Source of the DNA: Adineta vaga
Lineage: Eukaryota; Animalia; Rotifera
Direction of reading: 5' to 3'
DNA: 64,000 nucleotides
Assembly: GCA_021613535.1 (NCBI GenBank)
Contig: CP075492.1
Location: 9,920,001-9,984,000 of the forward strand
A program made the position numbers and the translations under genes. The notes below the pieces were generated by a model. The model ran no database searches. It saw nothing but the letters and a program-made list of their open reading frames with translations, and was not told the origin of the DNA. Positions 55,601-64,000 of this stretch are shown piece by piece (position 1 is the stretch's first letter; each line of letters starts with the position of its first letter).

Positions 55601-57017
55601 TGATTGATGGGTTTTTTTTTTCTTCACACCTCTAGTTATTGTTGGTATTGTTTCTGTTGTTGAATTGATATTTGGCATTGTTATCAACGAAGATCTGGCT
55701 ATTGATGCTATATGTCCTCTCTTTCTCACTCCATTCATATCAGATGCTATAGACGATGAGGGAAATTTTGTTTCAGTTAGATTAACTTCCATATTTGATC
55801 GTATTAAACAGAGACTTACTCGTTAGCACATTGAGAAATAATTGTTGCTGTTCAAGTGGAAGATATTCAGCGATAGTTAACGGTGTTTCTCCTCGATTAT
55901 CCACAAGATTTTGATCAGCACCATGAGATATTAAAATACGAGCTGTTGATAATTTCAATGAACGAATTCTATTGAAAATATGTTCTATAATTAATCAAAT
56001 ATAGAAGTATTTAGTATCACATACGCTGCATGTAATGGAGTTATACGAGTTCGATCTGTTATATTTGGATCCATACCATAATCGAGTAATGTTTCCAAAC
56101 ATTTATCATGGCCTAGAGATGATTGAGATAGAGATAAAAAAAGAAAATCATCAATTGATTTACCAAGACGAGCAGCATTAAGAGCAGCTCGATAAGCTCG
56201 TTGTATTAAAGTTCGATCATGAGAAAGTAACACACCAACAATTTCTAATCAAAGATATTGTGTTGATAAAGATCTTATTTGAAAATATTCGTTCATACCG
56301 GGTTTATTCGTAATAACTGCTTCATCAAGAGGTATTCGTTGATTTCGATCTTCTAATGTTGGATCAGCACCAGCCTTGATAGAAACATTAGGAATGGATG
56401 AATTGTGATAAATTCGTTTTATATTTACTTACATGAAGTAATGCTCGTATATGATTAGCATTTTCATCAACATATGAAACAACAGCACGATGTAAAGCTG
56501 TTTTACCTGATTGATTAGCAACATTTGGATTTGCACGATATTTAAGTAATAGATCCGCAATATGATATTTTTGACGATGAACAGCTAGATTCAAAGCTGT
56601 ATCACTGGAATACGAAAACAAATTTCATTCAATTATTAACTAGATGAGAAATTTGTTTTCACAACAAACCCTGTTGCACACTGTTGATTAGGATTTGCTC
56701 CATGTACAAGAAGAATTTTTGTTTTTTCATATGAACCTTTGCCTGAAGCAATAATTAGTGGTGTAATATTATATTTTGTTCCTGTACAATCAACAAAATC
56801 AATTTGATCATCGATAACTCCTTCATATGCAATTATTTCAGCTAGATTTCGAAATGGTCTTCGATGATATTGTTGTAGGAAAGTCTAAAATCATTTGTTA
56901 TTTCATTATAATAAATAAAAACAAAAGATAACATACAAATAACTGTTCGGCAGTGCCTCGGTCCACGATGGTCAACAGCTGCTGCCGCCTCTGTTGATCC
57001 TCGTGCCGAAAATCCAT
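49684..57017 (-). CDS. Ankyrin repeats + F5/8 type C (discoidin-like) + SAM-like + Ig-like domain, with a long R/S/P-rich disordered tail
   Basis: ATG at 57017; ankyrin motifs TPLIIAS, GDTALNLAV, GKTALHRAV, ITPLHAA and GETPL; F5/8C motifs GTYW..WVIFDL..KTRFIRVFIADNYGG. The phase-1 donor at 53662 joins the phase-1 acceptor at 51410 in frame with ORF 49749-51185. There is a -1 indel near 50050. Confidence 0.78.
51678..53264 (-). CDS. 528 aa intronless, disordered, low-complexity protein with a poly-E/D tract and basic C-terminus, inside an intron of the ankyrin gene (same strand)
   Basis: A 1587 nt ORF in very AT-rich DNA; internal repeat LTPSKYR x2; candidate 5'UTR intron 53397-53321. Confidence 0.7.
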   Translation of the reverse strand: MSRLRLLKDNHATSNVDFTNDSSNFDYFTSGNIRYLTPSKYRLTKRAQLPNVFPEVNISDHQFGFHKGEYTLTPSKYRMKQPSNSQLDPDYENFNHHYRKESQQSTLRDKSKPIVKEKRRVIGDFILTKKPSDDRSIYSYKPKHTRTSYEYRGTMDRADVQKRATNEVQHIAQQRTRTSSASSIQRLASVNVSPTQNNTYSNYPSTSNPPLYILRSPRNDLYEFQRPQSQLSLSNKRHSSYLPASYNTRYYFGTKAENITSEEEEEEEEKDDDDDDDDDDDDDENSPNEKNSCFVFSRSPEPTFTRPMSQHEQKTNPNNVVFHTVIDTGTSTNETASNPAPVTTTENKRLTTLSKQRSSFTNQSSRSESETYKVNHPNVEDKDYEDVVIAPWKKTDYPASISLSTTSTAQPYINRNQSAPSNNANNKRNQFNFNELDTDDDVDGNENPDRFQSTPKLLPGSGAVPHNNPFTDASRSNNGPTNYDRPPASSISTKSTRSRTSIFDRILRRKQDDKSSKINQDGKKKPKK

Positions 57018-57061
57018 TATTATCTTATCTGAAAGGAAAAAGACACATTACAAGAAAAGTT

Positions 57062-57990
57062 TTATTTTGATTCATGTATAACAGAATGTATTTGTTGATA
57101 GACTAATTTCAATAGAGATAAACGTGGAACAAGTTTAGCAAAAAGTGGTAACATAGATTGATCACCATCATTGATCATTAATGTTAAATAATAAATTAAA
57201 CGTTGCTAAAAGAAATCGAACATTGAACAGTGAAATTCACATAAAAAACAATACATACAGAAAGAAATCCTTCATTAATTAACACATCTTTGATGCGATT
57301 AGAACTGATATACACTGTTGTTTGTCTACCAATAACATACGTTGTTGTCAATTGTAAACCCATTTGATTGCCAACGATGATACATTCTATAGAAATGAAA
57401 ATAACTATATAATACTCTCATCCGCGAAAAAGTTTACATCAATTGATGATGTTAGAAACACCCTACCGAATAGAGTTTGTACTGCTTTTGAATAAATTAA
57501 CCTTTACCTCAAATATTTTCTACATTATTTCACACAAGAAAACATGTGTTATGTCTAATGTATTGAAAAGAAATTATATGTTGTTTATGATCTATATTCT
57601 ATCCAGGGATTTAAAATCTCATAAACATTAACACGAAATCCATATAAAAGACTAATTCATCAAAGCTATCTTACCACGTTTAACTTTCAAATAAGCTTTT
57701 AATAAGACACCAATTAATAAAACAATGGACAAAAATAATAACAATTTACTATCCTAAAACATTCGTTTTCTATTCTATCAATGTTTAAATTATGATAACA
57801 TTACTGTTTTATGAATGCCAATAAGTGCAGCTAGATAAGTGAATAGAATTGTTGATAGAATCCATTTTTGCATAGATACAGTCCGTCGTTCCAATCGACA
57901 TTCAGTACATAAATTATTTTCATGTTGAATTATTTCATATTCAAGTAATTCACCATAGATATTTTCACATGTACCACCAAGAAATTTCAT
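57062..57990 (-). CDS. PIGH: GPI-GlcNAc transferase subunit H, 4 exons
   Basis: Two TM segments, then ECIIVGNQMGLQLTTTYVIGRQTTVYISSNRIKDVLINEGF|QRLIYYL...LPLFAKLVPRLSLLKLVY, matching the PIG-H pattern (GIQ..IKDIVINE..YYL..PRL). Confidence 0.85.
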
Positions 57991-60191
57991 CTAGAAAAGA
58001 AATCAATCAAATAAATCTATGTAGTATTTTTCTGTCTTCTTTCCAGTTTATAGGACACAAATTTATTTTACATATTGAAGAAAATAGAAATCCTATGTTG
58101 TTCTTCTTTTTTCTTTGTTTAGAGAAGTTGATTAGGGTCACATACGTACATACAGTAGTATATAAGAAAAGTCCTGGATTGTCCTGTTCGAAGATATGAT
58201 CATTAAAGAACTATGAAGAAGAGAGATTTTTTTCGAGAAAAAGAAAAAACTTAAAATCAATGATAAATTCTTCTTCTATTCATGATACTCTATATCCATC
58301 AATAATTCAATCGAATTTGATCAACACTCCAAAGCTTATTGATATTTCTTGCACTGAATCATTAAAATCTATGGTTTCCCATTTAAAAAGCATCAGTTGT
58401 GACGAATTTACTCCTACAAATCTTTTTATCTTATCGGAGAAAAAAACGAAGGTCAGTCGCTATTTTTTTAATTTCTAAGTAACCAAATATTTCCTTGAGA
58501 AGAGAAGAATCATCGCTTATATCTATAAATACGAATACATATGAAACTAAGCCTATTAAGTTAAGTAGGCGAATCAGTCGTATTGATTTTACACGAGGTC
58601 ATATAATCCGTGACACCTACGACTACATTCATAATGGATGATTAAAAAAAAACGATATGTATAGTCATACTTTATATTGTGTAGGAGAAGAAAGAAACCG
58701 CAGGTTATTTGAGCTACTTGAGCTGATTTCATAGATGTTAGAACGTCTCTGATATGTTTCAAATATTACATTAAAAAAAACGATGATTGAAGAAACCCTC
58801 TTGAACTATTGTAATCTTCTCGTCAATCTGATCAAGTTTGACAGCTATTGTATACTTCGACATACAGTTGTTTTTTTCTTTCTCGTCGACACTCAATTTA
58901 CTCGACATTCCACTTGAAAAAAAAATCACGTATTCAATACAGAAAATCTTAGTAGTCAATTTTTCTGATGATTCATCGTTGAAAACATTAGAAATATGTA
59001 AATACATATACAAATGTCATTGAACCGAACAAAATGGTAAAAACTCGTTTGTTACACAAAACGGATGCAGAGAAAAAACAAGTTTTTTCCCCTAATGTAT
59101 GCACTTACTATTGACAAGATGAATATGTAATAATACGCGAAAGAAAAAAGAATAACAATAACAAACTGACCGTAGATTACATTTGAATAATTGTCGTAAA
59201 TGGAATTTGCATTGTCACGAATGAAAAAAAATATGAAAATTGATATTTGTTATTTTCGAATAGGAAATTTTATTCTTTTGTATTTTCTTCACCTTGTAAT
59301 GTAAGATCCTATTTTTCAAGGTCGCTTATTTTTCTTCTTTTTCTTTTTTTTTACTTTCTCTCACTCTCATTCTCTTTTCTTGCTTTAGAATATGTACAGT
59401 TTTGCGGTTTGTTTGTGATCAACTACTTTTCATGCTTACATCGTTTTTATACAGGAAAAAGAAATGACAAGTTACCTTTACTTCTCTACTCTTTGCTTTT
59501 CTGCTTCCTTTCAACAATTTTTCTTTCAATAACGACGATGTCAATCGATAGAGAAAGGAAGAAAAAAGCAACTCAACTAAATATTCAAATTGTGTCATTC
59601 AGTGACGAATGGTTGACTGCTTTTTCGCGTCACAGCAACACAATGATGTTGGTGGGATAAATGCACTAAACGTAAGAGTTGGCTGATATACAAAGTCAAC
59701 ATATTTCGCAATGAGAAGAGAAAGAAAGAGAACGGAACATATTTGTCAATTTATTTAACGAATGAAGAAAGATCTTATGGTGGTTTCAATTTACAACTAA
59801 ACTTGCTTTTCTTTACTCTCATTCATTGATGAAGGTGACAATTTCGACGTTTTTCTTTTCGTCAAAACTAAAGAGAGGAAAAAAAAGAAAACTTCTGAAT
59901 ACTAAAGAACAAAAATATCTTCCTTTACATGTTCCACTTCAATTTAAGTTCTAATCTCTCATTCAAACCACCGACCACATGCATATCGTGCTCGATTTTC
60001 ATCTCCACATCTTAAATAAAAGACACAGATCAATATTTGCATCTTTGTTTTCTCACAAATGAGAAAGAAAAAACGAAATCAAAATTCTTTTTTTTTCTTC
60101 ATATCGTTTTATGAAATATTTCATTTACAAGAACAACAAGAACAAGAACAACAACAACAGAAAACTTCACACACACATATCAGTCAGTCTA

Positions 60192-60609
60192 TTATGTGTT
60201 CAATCCATATTTTGCTTGTGTCTTCGCTAATTTTTCTTTCTCTTTGTCTAAATTCATTTTATCATGAGCTTTATTTGCTTGATAATATAAAACCACGAGA
60301 TAACGATTACAAACATTGAAACCAGACAAATGATCACATGCATTCTTTGCATCAAATATATCTTCATAGACAACGAAAGCTGTACCTAAATGAAAGAAAA
60401 TAAAGTTTTTAAAAGAAAATCAATTTGATAAGTTTTTATTTACCTCGTGTATCTGGTGTGTTTCCAACACGAATTTGCCGAATAGCGCCGTATTTACCGA
60501 ATATATCATACATTTCTTCAGCAGTAATTTTGTAAGGTAAATTACGAACGTATAAAATACGATTGATTTCAGGTGGTAAACGAAGATTTGCTCGCTTTTG
60601 CATCGCCAT
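60192..60609 (-). CDS. SF3B6: Splicing factor SF3b 14 kDa subunit (p14), 2 exons
   Basis: [55 protein letters not shown]|[36 protein letters not shown]. Confidence 0.97.
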
Positions 60610-61240
60610 TTTGATAAATTATTTCGAAATCTGAAGTAAAGAAAAAACTATCTTATTGTGATAATGACACATAAAAATGAAAATGTATTAATCCAACTCC
60701 TATGCATATTTATAATCGGATTAAACTGGCATACGACAACCCTAAACTCAAATTTCTATCACTCATTAAAAAAAAGCATCTTTTCTTTGATTGACACTGT
60801 TATTTCATTCCGAGTCCGAGAACAATAGTTTACGAAAGTACAGCTTTGTTTTTTTTATCTCCAAGTATTACTCCTATCGACCATTAGAAACCATTTAAGA
60901 AACCTCTGATTGTATCAGTGCTGACATCTATTTTGAAATTTTCTTGCAAAGTTTTGATTTTGAAAAAAAGAAAACAAAAATAAAACTGATTTATTTAAAT
61001 TTAAATTTCATTATATTGAAATCATTCGTCTATTTTCTTGACCAATTCTATTGTACAGAACAGAAAAAAGCAAACAATATGGCGATTTAATAGAAATATT
61101 CTTACATTACTTGAAGAAAAAAAAATCTCATCATAAACATCCCAATGTTTGATTTCAATCTAAATGAGTCTTTCGAATGAAGTTCACATCTTTTCTCAAT
61201 CGATTTTCTTTATCAATCCGTCGATTCAACGACGATCTTC

Positions 61241-63576
61241 ATGGCTCGAACCGAACCAGCAAATATTAATCATTGTGTTACTTCATCAATAACTTCACGT
61301 GCAAGTAATTTTCCAAAAGATAATATTCAACATAGTGATGAAATTAAAAATGAATTTACTTCACGTGAGGGTACATATAAAATCTCATCGTTTATTGATA
61401 ATCTCGGCAAAATCGGCACGAACACATGTCTTAATGAACCAGTTCGAATAACATTATTACCACGTATACAAACGAATTTTGATACAACAACAACAACTAG
61501 TCAAACAAATTCGAGACGTTCATCATCCACAAATAATAATCCAATTGATCAGACAATTGAACAAAAACAAACACCAATTACAAATGGAAATGAATTTCAT
61601 CAACAGAATGGAAATCATATTCTAACAGATATTTTAGCATTTAATGTCGGAAGAGAATTAATTGTTTATGAATTTTCTGAAGCTACACAGGTAGAATTCG
61701 ATTCTTTTTCAATCATATCTTATGTGCATTCATATTATTATTTCTAGTCTAATTTTGGTGAACCACTTGATCATCGTGTTTACAAACAAAATCATCATCC
61801 AACATGTCATGATATCACTCAACATCCTGATACCAATGGTTTACATATACTTGTTGGATTTTCTAAAGGTCAAATACAATATATTAACATGCAAACTAAA
61901 GATCAGAAAGTGTTCAATGAAGGAGTATGTACAACTAAATCATATTCTTATTTTTCTTTTGCTTTTTTTCTTCTCTTTAGAGTTATTTGGATAAAACAAA
62001 AGTAACATGTATCAAATGGTTATCGAATCCGAAAACTTATTTTATTGCATCCTATTCAAGTGGTTATTTATATGTATTTGATGAACAACTTAATTATCAA
62101 CGTGATACAAATATTCAACCAACATATACAACAATAAAAGATGATGAAAAAAACTTTTCTATATCGTATATAAAGGTAAAACGATTTGTTCGATCATAAA
62201 GAGATAATGAATGGATTTGTTTCTATTTTAGAATAAATCTAAACAAGCCCGAAATCCAATTGCACGATGGTCTGTTGGTAGTGGAAGTATCAATGAATTT
62301 TCGTTCTCGCCTGATAATATTTTTCTTGCTATTGTCTCACAAGATGGTTTTCTACGGATATTTAATTATGAAAAAATGGAATTAATTGCTTATATGAAAA
62401 GCTACTTTGGTGGACTTCTATGTGTCAGTTTTTTTTCCAACTTTTCTGTGTTTCGACATAATGTCAATTTGTTTTAGATTTGTTGGTCTCCTGATGGTAA
62501 ATATATAGCGACTGGTGGTGAAGATGATTTTATCACATTATTTACATTCGATCCTGATGAACATATATCTCGTGTTGTATGTCGTGGATACGGGCATACA
62601 TCATGGATAAGTGCAATATCATTCGATCCATATATGAACGCAAAAAGTTATTATTCATCATTCGTTCAAACATCTTCATCATCGTTCGATCATGATAATG
62701 ATGATTTGAAAAAATCAATACCATGTTCGCGTAGTAATTCGTCATGTTTTGATACGACAATTCCATCTTTATTCTATCGAATTGCTTCAGTTGGTCAAGA
62801 TAATCGTCTATGTTTATGGGATATAACTGAAGATATATTAAAATTTAATCCTAATAGTAAACAAAATTCTTCATCATATCCATTAATATCCTCGCCATCG
62901 ACATCCAATGGTTATGCATCATCATCCGATGCAACAGTGAATACTCAACCTCCCGTAGGAAAATCTTCATTTTCATCGTTAACATCACGTCTTTCATTTG
63001 TTCGTAATTCCAATAAAATCAATAAATCTGTTGATGATACACCGGATACATCGGTCGTAACAATTTCTAATGGAACATCAAAAAAATCTCGAAAATTATC
63101 TTTATTATCGAATACGTTAACTGGATCGAAATCTTCATCATCAAAATTACAGACAAATTCCGAAGATTCCAATAATGGATCATTATCGACATTAACAACT
63201 AATCAAAATCATTCATCATCACGACAAACTAATTTTGATCTAACAAGAAGTACTTTTGGAACCAATCTTTGTCCTAAACTAGATGATATACAATCGATTG
63301 AACCAGTTATTACTGAATTTATTGCTCATGAACGTTTAAATGGAATTTATTTCGGTGAAAATTATCTTTTGACATCTTCACAAGATGGAATTATTGCTAT
63401 TTGGGAAAAGCCACAGAAACTTCTAAATGCTGAGATTGTATGTAGGAAATAATAAGACTTTTCGAGCTGATCAAAAATATTTTCTCTTTATTTTGTAGAC
63501 TGATGATCTAACAACGAGTTCAACAACATTACCTAACAGTAGTACTCATCATTCGACAGTTTCCCACCGATTATAG
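61241..63576 (+). CDS. WDR20: WD repeat protein WDR20/DMWD (USP12/46 activator)
   Basis: EIKNEFTSREGTYK, FNVGREL, DKTKVTCIKW, RNPIARW, MKSYFGGLLC, WSPDGKYIATGGEDD, GHTSWIS, SVGQDNRLCLWD, IAHERL. Confidence 0.93.
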
Positions 63577-64000
63577 ATCCCTTTTTTTTCTTCTTCATTC
63601 TACGAACTAAGAGAAAAACAAACAATATCATACTTTCTATCTGTTCTTCGGTAATTAATATTCTTTCTCTTCTTTATTTCGATTTATTTCTTTTTCTAAA
63701 AAGTTCGGAGAGACAAAGTAGCCGAAAAAAAAATCTATACTTGTTATACCACACACAGATACACCCGGTGATTTTTTTTCTGTTCATATCCGTCAATGTT
63801 TCTTTTCGTTTGAAATTCTCTCTTTTCCGTTCATAAACTCGCCTAAACTTTTCTTCTTGAAGAACATCTGTGTGTTCATGTGTATGCGAATGCTTTTAGA
63901 ATTGCTTTGTACTTGTACTGTGTATCGGACTACTGTTGCTACTTTTCTTTTTCTCTCTCTATCTCTCTCTCTCTTGCGCGCGCTCTAAAAATATCCGTGT

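Noticed and set aside
55538-55792. ORF MEVNL... as an alternative first exon
   Set aside because: It is explained as an ordinary internal phase-1 exon (acceptor near 55749, donor near 55630) of the ankyrin gene.
58260-59660. Short ORFs between PIGH and SF3B6
   Set aside because: They are F/L/I/K-rich AT-biased frames without a consistent splice model.
42546-63576. Functional clustering of ubiquitin genes (RNF217, OTU pair, WDR20)
   Set aside because: Ubiquitin-system genes are common in eukaryotes, and the neighbours are otherwise unrelated housekeeping genes.

Overview
This is AT-rich, gene-dense metazoan DNA with many short (about 50-80 nt) GT-AG introns. That style fits a bdelloid rotifer, but the organism is my inference. 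Left to right it holds: the 3' end of an upstream gene; a degenerate ORF fragment; CLIC; Nup214, with an intronless antisense LRR gene nested in a 5.2 kb intron; a nuclear RNase P RNA gene (minus strand, absent from the ORF track); ARPC1; SPCA/ATP2C1; a 3-Ig lachesin/IgLON-like gene; TBC1D13; SMYD5; Brahma/SMARCA2/4; a 6x chitin-binding (CBM14) gene; hexokinase with two paralogous alternative last exons; RNF217; a tandem pair of OTU-fold genes; an ankyrin-F5/8C-SAM-like-Ig-like gene with a same-strand nested ORF; PIGH; SF3B6; and WDR20. The best candidate for an undescribed system is the OTU pair at 44.5-48.6 kb. One copy keeps the OTU catalytic Cys/His. The other has lost them and is fused to a Rel-homology (NF-kB/NFAT-like) DNA-binding domain, and both have kB-like sites upstream. 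Other notable items are an operon-like PIGH-to-ankyrin-gene junction and at least four single-base frameshifts in otherwise intact genes, most likely assembly errors. All gene models were spliced by eye, and no database searches were run.
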